DNA from: the human T2T-CHM13v2.0 reference genome, Homo sapiens
NCBI RefSeq assembly: GCF_009914755.1
Contig: NC_060928.1
Strand: one strand, 5' to 3'
Length of the DNA stretch: 64,000 bases
Made by a program: the position numbers and the translations under genes
Shown: piece after piece, positions 20,676 to 40,739 of the stretch
How the letters are laid out: the number at the start of each line of letters is the position of its first letter
How positions within the stretch are numbered: the first letter of the stretch is position 1
Notes under the pieces: generated by a model
Databases searched by the model: none
What the model saw: only the letters and a program-made list of their open reading frames with translations
Told to the model about the DNA's origin: nothing

Positions 20676-21899
20676 GTTAGGAAGCATCACGGTTGAGTAT
20701 ATTTGAAAATAATACCTAGTGTTTATTGAGTGCTCCTCATGTGAGCATTTTTCTGAATGCTTTCCATATGCTAATTTTCTCCTTTACGCCTCACAAAAAA
20801 CCTGTAAGTTCAGTGCTTTTATCTTCCTCATTTTTCAGATGAGGAAACTGAGCAACAGAGCTGTATCGCTAATACATGGTAGAGCCTGGACTTGAGCTCA
20901 CGTGGCCTGTGTTCAGAGCTGCCATCTTAAACTCTATGCCATGCCTCCTCTCCAGAGATCAGTCATAATGTCTCTGTAAATAAGTATAATATGAGCAGGG
21001 CAGCACTAGCTGGAGTCCTACCTCCCTTTCCTTTTTAGAGAATAGGCCCAGAGCCCCTGCTGTGCCTAACAGAATTGCAGCTGGAAAGTTGGTAATGGCT
21101 AGCATCTAAAGTTAATCAATGGTGTGGAAAAAATAACTTTGATTTGGGGGGATAGTTGGGGAAATTGGTTTGTTTCAAGGGAAAGAATTGCATTCTTTAG
21201 ACTTATAATCCCATTTGTGGTTTTTATTTAAATGGGAAGGTATATGTGTATCTTTGAATATGAATGGAAAGTTTCTGGAGATGTAAGGAAGTTTTAATAG
21301 TGATTACCTCTAAGGGTATTTGGAGGATGGCAGAGAGAGGGACTTGTTTGGTTTTTTTTATCGTTTACCATTTTAGTTTTTTCTTTACTTGTAATATATT
21401 TACTTGGATTAAAATTTTAAAATCTAAAGTTTTCCTCCCACCCTGTCCTCCACACAGTTACTATATTCTCCACACTTATGAATCATTTCAGATTTCCTTT
21501 ATCTGTGTACAAACAAATACATTCTTATTTTATTCTCTTTCTCAGAAAAGGAAGCACACTATTATGCACTATTCTCATCTTTTTTCAGTGTATTATAGAA
21601 ATCTCTCCTTATTGGCACAGAGCTTCATTACAGTTGTGTAATATCTTGATGGGCATATGGATTCTTTTAGGACTTCAGCTATTGAGAATGAATCTGTAAT
21701 GGGTTTTGTGTATGCAGGTATATATTCAGAATGAATTCCTAGAAGTAGAATTGCTGAGTCAAATAGGCCTCTAATTTTAGTTGGGTTTCAGAGGATGACT
21801 TCTGAGTTTTCAATTGTATACTTTACTATTCATTTTTCCAAGGGCAGTTATTACCTTTATAGTTTTAAAGAGATTTATTAGTGAGCTGATTTGAAATGA

Positions 21900-22292
<393 letters not shown>

Positions 22293-22375
22293 CAAGAGTT
22301 CCTTTTCATCTTGCTTTTTGTCCCTTTAGTTGGTGTATTTGTAAACAGAATTAACAGTTTTTCATTCCCCCTCAG

Positions 22376-22579
22376 GTGAAAGCTGGAATAGAAGCTCATT
22401 CGGAAGCCAAAACCAGTGGACTCCTGTGGGCTGGATTGGCACTGCTGTCCATTCAGGGTGGGGCACTGGCCTGGCTCACGTGGTGGGTGTACTCCTGGGA
22501 TATCATGGAGCCAGTTACATTCTTCATCACATTTGCAAATTCTATGGTCTTTTTTGCATACTTTATAGTCACTCGACAG
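22376..22579 (+). CDS. MCUB: MCUB coding exon, 204 nt: TM1, DIME pore motif, TM2
   Basis: VKAGIEAHSEAKTSGLLWAGLALLSIQGGALAWLTWWVYSWDIMEPVTFFITFANSMVFFAYFIVTRQ; the W and V residues before the pore distinguish MCUB from MCU (RLTWWEYSWDIMEP); cag acceptor and GTGAGT donor. Confidence 0.98.
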
Positions 22580-23184
22580 GTGAGTAGTTTGTTAGGAAAA
22601 TGGTAAGTTAGAACATCTTTGCAAAGAATGTCTTATCTAAGCAATGAGCAAAAAAGCCTTTTTATTTACTGAATTACTGCCATCTGGTTTTTATGAGCTG
22701 GTAAATTTTTTATTGTTTTTCACAAGACTGAATGAAGACTCACAACACAGAGAAATTATATATAACTTCTTTGGAGAAGTAATTAGTGTAACACACAAAT
22801 TCCTCCATTGGGATAAATATGTGTTCTCTGTGCCCTCATTTATAAAAAAAACTGAATTTGCATTGCAAAACATTCAGTAACATCAGCTTTGCCTCATGGT
22901 TATTTAATATGCCAAAAATCTCCCTTTTCTTATTTCTTCCTTCTTCTTTCCCATTATGTGTAATTTCTCTTCCCAGCTTGCCTGTTTTTGAAAGGAGCAG
23001 CAGATCTTAAATGAGACTAAATGTTTTGTGTTGGCTTATGCTTACTCTCATGGCCATTGCAAATATTTCACTCATTCATCTGCCTTCTTTTGCTTTGGTG
23101 TTGCTGAGTCAAGTATCTTTCTTGCAGAGGCATTATGTTCATTCAAAACATGTTGTTTTCTTCTCTCTCTCTTTTTTTTTTAAG

Positions 23185-23301
23185 GATTATACTTACTCAG
23201 CTGTTAAGAGTAGGCAATTTCTTCAGTTCTTCCACAAGAAATCAAAGCAACAGCACTTTGATGTGCAGCAATACAACAAGTTAAAAGAAGACCTTGCTAA
23301 G
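23185..23301 (+). CDS. MCUB: MCUB coding exon, 117 nt (DYTYSAVKSRQF...LKEDLAK)
   Basis: Long pyrimidine tract + AAG acceptor; GTATAC donor at 23302. Confidence 0.95.
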
Positions 23302-24084
23302 GTATACTACAAATACATCTTATAGCTGGTTTGTTTGGGAGCCAGAACTTAGTATCAGGGAAGTATAACTGGTGGCTCATCCTCACAAATTAAATCTTGG
23401 TCCTAGATTTCTGTGTGTTGTGGGATTGTTCATTGAAATGGTTGACATATTTCATATTAATTTCATATCCCAGTTTTACTCTTCTGTACACGAAGATAGC
23501 TTTAAATATGTGTGTTAAAATTTCTTAAATGACTTGAGATAGTAAAATAAAAGTTTTCACTGGAAATCCATTTCTAAGCAAATAATAAAAAATAGCATTT
23601 TAGGAAGGTGAACACTGTGATAAGGAACTTAAGGCATTTATAAGTTTCTTGTCCCTAAAGATAGAAGAATCATTATAGTATTCCTCCCTTCATCTTTTTC
23701 CCTTCTGAAAGGCACTTACTCAGGTATACACTGCTAAAAAGTGAAGGAACCATGGTACGAACACAAGTTTGATTTCGGAGTCTATATTCTTAAGTACTTT
23801 TTCACAGTCTGCTTGTTAGCCAGTTATCTCTGGCCTCCCAATTTACTCATTAACTTTGTTCAGATGGTGACTTCTCAGCACATCACTGGATTTTTCATTT
23901 TTATCAGTAATTTCATAACAAAAAAGTTTGGTAAAAATATCCTCCATTGCTCAATGCATGCTTGTTTAGTAGCTGGTAATCAAACCTTTTGTTATGTGTA
24001 CTTTCTAAATTACTCATCCCTAGAATTTAAAACAGAATCACTCAAATTTTGTAGTCCAAAAATTGAAGGACGTTTTAATTTAAA

Positions 24085-25312
<1,228 letters not shown>

Positions 25313-25448
25313 TTAGCCATTTGCCACTAATAGTTTAAACATTTTATTGCTGTAAGGAGACGCTAAGTTTATAGAATTCCTCTCAAGCAGTAATGTTGGT
25401 ATGTTTCTCTTCTTTCTGATCACATGCTTTTTCTTTTTCCCATGACAG

Positions 25449-25526
25449 GCTAAAGAATCCCTGAAACAGGCGCGTCATTCTCTCTGTTTGCAAATGCAAG
25501 TAGAAGAACTCAATGAAAAGAATTAA
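25449..25526 (+). CDS. MCUB: MCUB last coding exon (AKESLKQARHSLCLQMQVEELNEKN*)
   Basis: ttttcccatgacag acceptor; TAA at 25524-25526. Confidence 0.96.
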   Translation, partial: AKESLKQARHSLCLQMQVEELNEKN

Positions 25527-26554
25527 TCTTACAGTTTTAAATGTCGTCAGATTTTCCATTATGTATTGATTTTGCAACTTAGGATGTTTTTGAGTCCCAT
25601 GGTTCATTTTGATTGTTTAATCTTTGTTATTAAATTCTTGTAAAACAGAAGTATTGTTTGAAGTTCTCAACTGAGATTTTTACTTTTTGGATTTTTATGA
25701 CTTGCTAATGTTAGAAAGGGCTTGTATGCGTCTATCAAAGCAACAGTGGCTGCTGTTAGCTAAAAATCCTTGTCAGCTTGTCCCACGTTTATTCTCTATG
25801 TGGAGGTGAAAGGGTCTGTGCTTGGCATTCACTTCCATTCTTAGACTTAATTTGGAATCATCCTTTTAAAAAAATCAGAGACCAGGTCTTGCCAAATCAA
25901 ACTCCTGGGCTCAAGCAACCCTCCTGCCTCAACCTCCCACGGAATCGTCTTGTCATTAACTTCTTTTTTTAATATGCAGTAGTTGGGAGTAAGATCTTTT
26001 TATCATTTATCAAAAAGGCATAAATGTTCCACCAACCATAAAGTATAGTTGGTACTTTTTGAACTTCAACTGAAACAGTGTATATAAACGATTGCTTTTG
26101 AACCTGCAAATCACAAGTTTCAGGTATCGAAGCCAAAACAGTTAACTTTCTTCAGCCTCTGGCAGATTATTAACAAAACAGTATTATTCAGATTCTATAT
26201 CATATTAATAAGAATTGAACCTTGAAAGTAACATCTGTTATTCTATTAATGTGATTGTGTGTGAATGGGTCTGATGACTGTTGGACTGTTTGTAGGAACT
26301 TAACATGGAAGATGCTGACAGAATCAGATTTTGCAGGTGTTCAACCTATAGTGGCTAAGAATTATGTTTTCTATTTCATCCTCAGAATGCCATACAACAA
26401 TTCTGGAATGCTGATTTTTTTTAAAGTAGGAATTAAAGTCATACACAAAATGTGGTAATTCATATGTAGATGAAATATTAAACATTTAAATGACCGAGTA
26501 AAAAACATCTATCAATTACACAAATGAACAAGAATGTGAGTTAGAAAAATGTAA

Positions 26555-27263
<709 letters not shown>

Positions 27264-27502
27264 TTAATTAGATTTTGGAAAGAAATGCAGCTTTTTAGTT
27301 AGCATTGAGGCAAAACAGGGAACCTGCTTCTTTCCAATTGCACTTGGGTCTTTGCAAAAGTCCACTCGGCGCTGAGAAACTTTCCTGTTCACCAGTGTGA
27401 GGAGTTCTGTGAACTCTAAGGAGGAGCCATATTTTCCCAACATCTCACACAAATCTTGAATGTACCATGAGCCGTTCACAGTTTCCCGGTGAGAATAATA
27501 TC
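27264..27502 (-). CDS. CASP6: Caspase-6 exon 7 ([22 protein letters not shown]...[10 protein letters not shown]), small subunit
   Basis: Caspase p10 motif GSWYIQ; acceptor at 27503-27504; 239 nt completes an 882-nt CDS. Confidence 0.98.
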
Positions 27503-27796
27503 CTAAAAAAGTGAGAAGGAAAATGTTGCTGCAGTTTTCTGGCTTTCAATTACTGTGTGTATTCTTTTTAGTTACAGAAGTATAAGTTCTTAAAAATCCT
27601 TAGAAGAGTCTTAAGATGTGTCCATGATATAAATGGCTTTTAAATTTTTTTGACTCTTTTCAAATGGGAAAAGAGATTAATTCTATATAGTTTTATATAC
27701 ACGGGGTTAATTCTGTATAATTTCTTCCATTTCCTAAAAAATTCCCAAGATAGACAATGATTGAGACATGAGATTACTAAAAAGAAGTCAAAATTA

Positions 27797-28476
<680 letters not shown>

Positions 28477-28789
28477 TTAAAGCTTTCCATGACAATTACC
28501 ACAATGGCACTACCACCCTCAGTAACTGATGGTAGGCTGCTAATACTAATATAATTAATTAGACTGTTGCTTTACTCAACATAACTCTCAGGAATTATTT
28601 TTCTGTAAGGTACTTTACACTTTCATTTATCACTCTGTGCCATGTGGTCAAAGAAATTCTAAGTCTGTGAGCTTCAGGATGGAATCACCATGTCCCAACC
28701 GAAAGATCTGACCCAAACCAATCAAAGGTGAAACTTACAGGACCTTAGCCAAGAGAGGCAATTATATGTTTGTTTTAAACACCACACAC

Positions 28790-28949
28790 CTTCTGCAACA
28801 GAGTAACACATGAGGAAGTCAGCTCCAGCAGGCAGCGTGTAAACGGAGGCTGCATCCACCTCAGTTATGTTGGTGTCCAACTTCTCTGTCTGATTATCTA
28901 CTACATCCAAAGGAATGACTGGCACATCGTGCTGGTTTCCCCGACATGC
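28790..28949 (-). CDS. CASP6: Caspase-6 exon 6 ([18 protein letters not shown]...[25 protein letters not shown]): catalytic Cys and intersubunit linker
   Basis: QACRG split across exons 5/6; DVVD and TEVD cleavage sites; AG/GT borders; 160 nt. Confidence 0.98.
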
Positions 28950-29581
28950 CTACAAGACAAGGAGGAAAAACCCACCTCTTTGCCTACTGTTTCCTTCCCA
29001 GTGCTTAATGTGTGCAGTGAATGTGTAAGCCAGTACCCCTTCATTACAACAGAAACCACATTCTGAGCAGTTCAGAAGCAATACATTCAGGTTTGGAGGG
29101 CACAAAAGCCAACAAAGTTGTTTCCTTACTTAGGCTTTCTTTTAGTTAATGTTTTAAGAAAAAATTGGCATCCCCAAGTATACATCAAATTATGTTGGTA
29201 GAAGGGTATACTGTAGAGGAAAAAGCTTGTGGTTTTAAAATTTCTTACAGATTAACCACACCCAGGGCACACGGTGTTACCTTCCCTTTTGAAAGCTATA
29301 GTATTGACCTAAGTGTTTCTATTTAGGCAGGCAGTGTATTTCCAGATTGACTTTTGCTTGCCTGGCTGCTGCTATAAATTGTTAGGAGTTAAAATGACAT
29401 CCAGCCTGACCTGAGGAGATACCTACTAATGCACCATCTTCCTTGTGTGCCCATTAAAAAGTGAGGTCTCAAATTTTTACCCACTAATTCTGACTCACTC
29501 AGAATTTACATTAAATTTAGACTCATAATTAACATTAAATTCTGACTCACTCAGAGGCTAACATTAAACTCTTCTCATAAG

Positions 29582-29962
29582 TGACTTTTACAAGCTGAAT
29601 TGTGTTCCCCAAAAATTCATATGTTGAAGTCCTAGCCCCAATACCTCAACTCTGACTGTATTGGAAGACAGGGCCTTTAGAGGTGATTAAGGAAAATGAG
29701 GTCATACGGGTGAAACCAAATCCAACATGACTAGTGTCTTCATAAGAAGAAATTGGGACACAGACATGCACAGAAGAAAGACCATATGAAGGCACAGGGA
29801 CAAGATGGCCACCTACAAGCCAAAAAGGGAGGCCTCAGAAGAAACCAATCCTCCCCACACGTTCATCTGAGACTTCCAGCTCCAGGACTGTGACGATAAA
29901 TTCCTGCTGTTTAAACCACACAGTCTGTGGTACTTTGTTATGGTCACCCTATACACGAATAC
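29582..29962 (+). mobile_element. MLT1-type MaLR solo LTR
   Basis: gctgaattgtgttccccaaaaattcatatgttgaagtccta...ctccaggactgtgacgataaattcctgctgtttaa. Confidence 0.85.
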
Positions 29963-30843
29963 AGCCAGCCAATAAGATTCTGTTGTAGCATTATAAATGC
30001 ATCAATCAGTTCTGAAATGGTTAAAGAATTATGAGCATCAAAAGAAAGTCCTGAATGATTTCAAATCATAAAATAAATAGAAAATCCCTACTATCCCGTT
30101 TTTATAGGCAGATTTTAATCTTCGTATCAGCAGGCTTATTTTCAGGCCTTTTTTCTACTGTCCTTCCTAAATATAACAGAACACCTTTAACCTAATGACA
30201 TCACCTGCCCAGTCAACTGCAATAAGAGTAAGAGCGAGCCTTTACTGAGGGCGTGCTGTATGCCAGGCACTGTTCTAAGTGGTTTGCATTCATTAAATCA
30301 GTCAGGTGATTTTGCCCACACAACCACCCCATGAGGCAGGTGCTCTTTTTACCAAGAATCTAAGGCATAGAGAGAGAAAGTAACTTGGAAAACGATTTCA
30401 TTTGTGGCTTTCTTCCCACAGTAGCTCATTAGTTATTTCCAGTTCTCTTGTGTTTGACAGTGTTGGCCACTCCCCTTTTCACAAAACAATCATGTCATTA
30501 TTTGTTTCTTGTTTCTCTCCTGGTGTCCATCCTCCTCAGTATCTTCCCTCTTCAGCCCATTCCTCATGGGTGCCCCTCGGTTTTGTTTTATGCTCCTTTT
30601 TCAGGCTGTATTCAACACGAGTAAACTCATCTAATCCCATGGCTTCCACGACCACCTCCTGATTTATTTCTCCAGCCGAGGCCACCTGTCTTAGGTTCTA
30701 CACCTGTATGACCAATTCCATGTCCCACAGACATTCCAATGCAGTTGTCCAAACCAGAAACGAGGCAGTCATTCTTCACTTACAGCCACTTCCTCACCCC
30801 AAAACAAGGCTTTATGGTAGGATGCGAAATGCAGTTTCATGTT

Positions 30844-31254
30844 TGATACGGTTTGAACGTCTGTCCCCTCCAAATCTCATGTTAAAATGTGGTTCCCAGT
30901 GTGGGAGGTGAAGCCTGGTGGAAGGTGACTGGATCATCGGGGAGGGTCTCTCATGAATGGTTTAGCATCATCCTCTTGGTGTAAGTGAGCTCCCACTCAG
31001 TTCACATGAAATCTGGTTACTTAAGAGAGTCTGGGACCTCTCCCTTGGCACTCTCTTGCTCCCACTCCCAACAAGTCATATGCTGGCTCTCTGTCACCTT
31101 CCACCATAATTGTAAGCTTCCTAAGGCCTCACCGAAAGCAGATGCCAGCACCATGCTTCCTGTACAGCCTGCAGAACTGTAGGCCAATCAAATCTCTCTT
31201 CCTTATAAATTACCCAGTCTCAGGTCTTTATAGCAATGCAAGAATAGACTAACA
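30844..31254 (+). mobile_element. MST-type MaLR solo LTR
   Basis: tgatacggtttgaacgtctgtcccctccaaatctcatgtt...cctgcagaactg...ttataaattacccagtctcagg...gactaaca. Confidence 0.88.
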
Positions 31255-31345
31255 TAATGTTATTTCATGTCCTCCATGCTATTCATGGAAATACAGAATT
31301 GTGACACTGGCATGTCAGGTTTCTCTTTTGTAGTTCAAAATCTTT

Positions 31346-31970
31346 GGCCGGGCACAGTGGCTCACGCCTGTAATCCCAACACTCTGGGAGGCCAAGGCGG
31401 GCAGATCACCTGAGGTCAGGAGTTCAAGACCACACTAGCCAACATGGTGAAACCCCATCTCTATGAAAATACAAAAATTAGCCAGCCATGATGGCAGGTG
31501 CCTGTAATCCCAGCTACTCGGGAGGCTGAAGTGGGAGAATAATTGAACCTGGGGGCGGAGGTTGCAGTGAGCCGAGATTGCACCATTGCACTCCAGCCTG
31601 GGGGACAGAGCGAGACTCCGTCTCAAAAAAAAAAAAAAAATCGTTAATGATGTGCCAAGTAATATTCATGCAAAAAAAAAAATTTTTTTTTTTTTTTAGA
31701 CAGAGTCTCGCTCTGACGCCCAGGCTGGAGTGCAGTGGTATGCTCTCGGCTAACTACAGCCTCTGCCTCCCAGGTTCAAGCAATTCTCATGCCTCAGCTT
31801 CCCGAATGGCTGGGATTACAGGCACCTGCCACCATGCCCAGCTAATTTTTGTATTTTTAGTAGAGACAGGGTTTCACCATGTTTGCCAGGCTGGTCTTGA
31901 ACTCCTCAGGTGATCTGCCTGCCTCGGCCTCCCAAAGTGCTGGGATTACAGGTGTGAGCCATCACGCCTG
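31346..31970. mobile_element. Tail-to-tail inverted AluS pair (31346-31640 +, 31683-31970 -)
   Basis: A-tail ending 31640, T-tract starting 31683. Confidence 0.95.
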
Positions 31971-32464
31971 TAAAAAATACTTTTATCCCTAAAACCAATT
32001 TGGCAGCGGGGAAACAATCTTGGTTTAAGGGGCAATGTGAAAGGGATGAGACAGGATAAGACTAGAAGGCTTTATTTTTCCATTCTTTCCACTGGTTTAT
32101 ATGCTCTCCACCTCCCAAAGAAGCAAACCTAGTCTGATGAGGTTGCCTTGTGCGGCACTCTTCAATCAGCAGGTACGCTTTCCAATGGCTCTCCTTGGTA
32201 TCAGGCTCGGACAGGGAGTAGCACATTGGTTACTTTGTGAGTCACTTCAAATCTCAATCCAAATGCTGTTATTTTGTAATATAGACAATGAGAGTGTCAA
32301 AGAATTATTACTAACAGCTCAAAGTGCAACTATGATTGGCCAGAATTCAAAAACGGCCTGTCCAATTACTGGAGAAAGTTACTTTCAAAACTGGCTTTTA
32401 GACCTTTATCACATGTTCAGAATGACAGACTTTATAATTAAGATGATAATGTACTCAGTCTTAC

Positions 32465-32640
32465 CTGAATGATAAATATCTTGGGTTTTCCAACCAGGCT
32501 GTGACACTTGTCTCCTTTGAACAAGCCAGTTAATGTCTGAATTTCGATTTTAGCATCATATGCATAAATGTGATTGCCTTCGCCATGGCTCAGGAAGACA
32601 CACACAAAGCAATCGGCATCTGCGTGGCTAACAGTTGACA
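32465..32640 (-). CDS. CASP6: Caspase-6 exon 5 ([23 protein letters not shown]...GKPKIFIIQ): catalytic His
   Basis: LSHG motif; AG/GT borders; 176 nt. Confidence 0.98.
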
Positions 32641-32728
32641 CTATAAAGGACCCAAAAGAGAATATAGAAATGAAAATATGATGCTTGTTATCTACACATA
32701 AAAATTCAGTTTATTAACACAAGAATAA

Positions 32729-33811
<1,083 letters not shown>

Positions 33812-34350
33812 TTAGAATGATGTGCAGTTTAAAGAAGAGCTCTGAAGAAAGTTTAAAGTAATTATGCAAATATAATGGTTGGCATGCAGCGATGATTATA
33901 ATATAGGTTGTTATAATTAGAATACCTACCCCCTATTGACGCTGTGAGAATTAAAGGAGGTAATGTATGTAAACCAACACTATTTGGAAACCAGTGAGAA
34001 AATGAGGCATGAAAGGAGTCAATGAGAAAATGAGCCTGTTGACTGCCCAGCACCTGTAGTACTTGCATTTTAGGCTTTTACTGCCAATTGAAGGGGTCAT
34101 TTCATTCATTTCTACAAGAGACTGTAACTAGTGGTATGCTAAATATAAACTTTAGAGGCATAATTATTTGCAAGGGTCTCTAAATGTGCTGGGTAACGGA
34201 AACACAGCAGCATACCCAAAACCTGTAACCTGTGCTAAATTAATACTTTTTTTGTCACACAAGTAATTACTTGTACCTGTCTTTACAGATAGGATAAAGG
34301 ACTCGGTTTCATTAGAGGAAGATGAACTATATGATAGCAAAACTACCTAC

Positions 34351-34427
34351 CCTCATGAATTTTGAGCAGTAGTTCTTCTGCTTTAAGATCATTAAAGCAT
34401 TTCACTTCAAATCCTAGATCTGAAAAC
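34351..34427 (-). CDS. CASP6: Caspase-6 exon 4 ([25 protein letters not shown])
   Basis: Translated by hand; tag acceptor, GTAGGT donor; 77 nt. Confidence 0.96.
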
Positions 34428-34693
34428 CTAGTGGTATATTAAATGAAATGTTAGCCTATAAACTTTTCAAAGTTGTCAAATACCCTTACTTTGGAAGAAT
34501 CTATACACATTTTAACGACACATAAATTTGCTTTCTTTAGGAGAAAAGAAATGAAATATAACAATGGTGGTTTTCCCTTCATTCACCATGGTCGGAAAGG
34601 ATTTAATCATAATGACAGCCGATTCAATTTAGAGTGTTGTTGTCTACTATGCAAATGTTAGTACAAATGCAAAAGCCTGTCAACATTTAATAG

Positions 34694-35550
<857 letters not shown>

Positions 35551-35562
35551 TAAAACTACTAC

Positions 35563-35709
35563 CTGCGGGTAAGATTGTCTCTATCTGCGCAGGTGCCCCG
35601 CCTTTCTGGCAGTGTTAAGTGCCAAAAGAACCTCTCATGATTGAAGATTAAAGCAATTCCTCTCCTCCTGTGGTCCATTTTGTACTTTTCTGCCGGATCA
35701 AACATTTCT
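35563..35709 (-). CDS. CASP6: Caspase-6 exon 3 ([48 protein letters not shown])
   Basis: Translated by hand; cag acceptor, GTAGTA donor; 147 nt. Confidence 0.97.
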
Positions 35710-36240
35710 CTGTTAATGAAAAGTTGAAAAACAATCACTTCAAGTCATATTAAATAATGAGCCCCTCCAAGTTCTAGGTCAACATGTAGATAGAGATCTG
35801 AGCTTCCTCCTTGCCAGGCTGATGTTCCATGGGTGTGCTCCAGGAAAGGCCATGCTAATAAGGAAAGTCCTGAAATATCTCTCTGCCAATTGGTAAAGAG
35901 CAGCCATGTGCCATCCTGACACATCCCTAACCCTCTGCCTTGATGTCTTTCCCCTGGCCCCCAGGATCCAGCAACCAGGAATAACCACGAGGCTCAGAAC
36001 CAAGTTCTAGCTCTAGGCTCATGCCATGCCAATTAATATGCATTCTGAACATCACTCCGGGTCCCTCGACAACCAGGGGCAGCACAACCTGCCTATCTAC
36101 AAATGAGCTCCCCAAAGGCTAAAACTTGGCCTACTCAGTTTTACTTCCTAGCTCCCAGGACCCATTCTTGCTTTGATTTCTGTAGGCTGATCATGACCAT
36201 CAAAGGAAGAGACCTTTATTAGAAAAGAGCACAGCTTTAC

Positions 36241-36283
36241 CTTTTATAGAAGGCATCTGTTTCTGTCATGTTTTCTTCCCCAC
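36241..36283 (-). CDS. CASP6: Caspase-6 exon 2 (GEENMTETDAFYK), prodomain cleavage site TETD
   Basis: tag acceptor, GTAAAG donor; 43 nt; phases fit. Confidence 0.95.
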
Positions 36284-36897
36284 CTATTAAAAAAAGTTGA
36301 TTTTTGTTAATTATTTTTGACTTATGGCAGTAAAATATAGTAGGAACTCCCATCCCCCTTCTGACTCCCAAACTCTTAAGACCCTTCTGTTTTGGTTAGT
36401 TTAAAAGCCAAAGTATGTGAAGAAAAGGAAATGAAGGGAAACTGCTTACTAATAAACAAACTATAACAGCTCTATGCTTTCTCACCCCCAACTTGACCTG
36501 CAAAATAACAATCTTATAAACAGAAATGGAGAAAATATTACACAAATGCATTCACTGCAAAATATGCCTAGAGTAACAGTTCTGTGATTACGGAGTTGAA
36601 ATATGAAGTTGCTTTGTTATGCAGAAAATGTTTTTGCACATTTTCTGAAAAAGAATTAAGTCCTACAGGAAAACTGAAATATAGTTTGTGGTTAATGCTG
36701 GATTAGCAGTGGTGTAAGCCTGGAAGAGGTAGAAGTTTGGGTGGAGGAAGGGAAGGGCAAGGGCAAAGACTTGGACCTTGGATCTCCTGCATGACACATC
36801 TGCATTTCCAACCCTGTAAGGGGAGCCCTCTGCTCTCCATTCTCAACTGGACTCCCTACTCCCTGGACAGCCTTCCACTGAATTCCTCTCTACTCTC

Positions 36898-37082
36898 TAG
36901 AGCAGTGCTATGTCATGGAAGTGTCTGTGATGGTGGAATTGTTCCGTATTTGCACTGTCTCATAAGGTAGCCACTGGCCACATGTGTCTACTGAGCATTT
37001 AAATGCAGCTAATGCAACTGAGGAACTCGATTTTATTGTCAATTTAAATGAATTGGCCAGTGGCTTCTACACTGGACAGTGC
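36898..37082. mobile_element. MER3-like hAT-Charlie MITE
   Basis: tagagcagtgct...gtagccactggcccacatgtg...ctgagcatttaaatg...actggacagtgca. Confidence 0.65.
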
Positions 37083-38317
37083 AAAGTGTGGCATCTTCTA
37101 CAATAAAGGCCCCATCCACTCATGCATCTGTTTTTACCTGATAGCTCAACAGCTTAGAGGGGAGACAGCAATGAATAAACTGAAATATTAGCAGTATAGC
37201 AAGATGCACCCTTCAGTTGAGGAAGAATGACCCTAAAGCACGGACTCTTACCCATCATCTCCTAGCCAAAAGGGTTGGTTCCCCTCTCCTTAGAGATCTC
37301 CCCATTACTAGCCCCCATCACCTGATTGATCTAACCTCACTTCTCCTCAAAAAAAATACAAGGTGGGGAATTCAGTTCAAGTCCCTTTTAGCCTATTCCT
37401 CCTGGAACTGCCCCAAGCAATGAGACCCAACTAAGACCCCACACTAAGGCATCCTCTGTCTGTACGCCCTAAGTCAGTTTTGCTCAACCTTGGGCATCAG
37501 AATTCCTGGTGTGCATGTTAAAATGCAGATTCCTGGATCCTAACTGAGGCAGAATCAGAATCTTGGAGGAAGGAGGTGACAGCTGCATTTTTCACAAAGT
37601 GATTTTTACACTAAGGTGTGAGAGCCAAAAGCAACCTCTCCAACTGGTCCTCCCCGCTGCATGGCAGATGAGAAAGCTGTTTAATCCGACCTTTGCCCTA
37701 GGTGAGCACAGTAACGAGGTACTTCCTACTCCACACACTGCTCTATGAAGACAGCACAGGGATTTCACTCTTCCCATTTTCAAAAGCTGTCGGAATCTAC
37801 TGCCTTTTGATAACCTCACCTGCTTATCTTTTAACCAATTAGAGTATAAAGAAACAATAACTTCAAGAAAATTAAATCCATATGTCACAACCATCCTCCT
37901 CACATGCCAAAATTCTGCACAACTTGGAAAGCACTCATGTCTCAGTGTCCTCCTCGGTGGCAGCAGGCCAGCGGCTCACCTCCTGTGGCTTCTGCTCCAT
38001 ACTGACTGCTGAGCCGAAGGCGGCTCACAACCTAACTCATGGAAGCTGTGCCAAATGGCTGCTCAGCAAACTAACTCATATCCCTCAGGGTGAAAACACT
38101 GGAGATGTATTCTTGCTTGGGTCTTTAAAACTCTTGTTTCTCATATTGCCAAAGAAGTAGCTTCCCAGTTGTTAGCTGACACATTAAAATTAATAACTTA
38201 AGATGTGAGTTTGGGTTGTCTCAAATATGCCCTCACATTAGTCAAGACCTACAGGTTTAGGAATGGCTAACTAGTATTAAGTAGCTGCTCAAGAAAATCT
38301 GTTTAAAATGACGTTCT

Positions 38318-40558
<2,241 letters not shown>

Positions 40559-40739
40559 AACTGCAGGCGTTTCGACCTTTTTGTTTGTTTCACTCTGGCC
40601 AGGCTTGAAGTTTCTAAACTTTACCAGTAATAAGTGACAGAACGTACGCTCTTAGCAGTTGATTACTTTGCAGAAAAAAGTTATTGTGGTTTTGGCTCAA
40701 ACCGACAGACAGCAGCAGGTTTCCTGGATGAAGAAGAGA

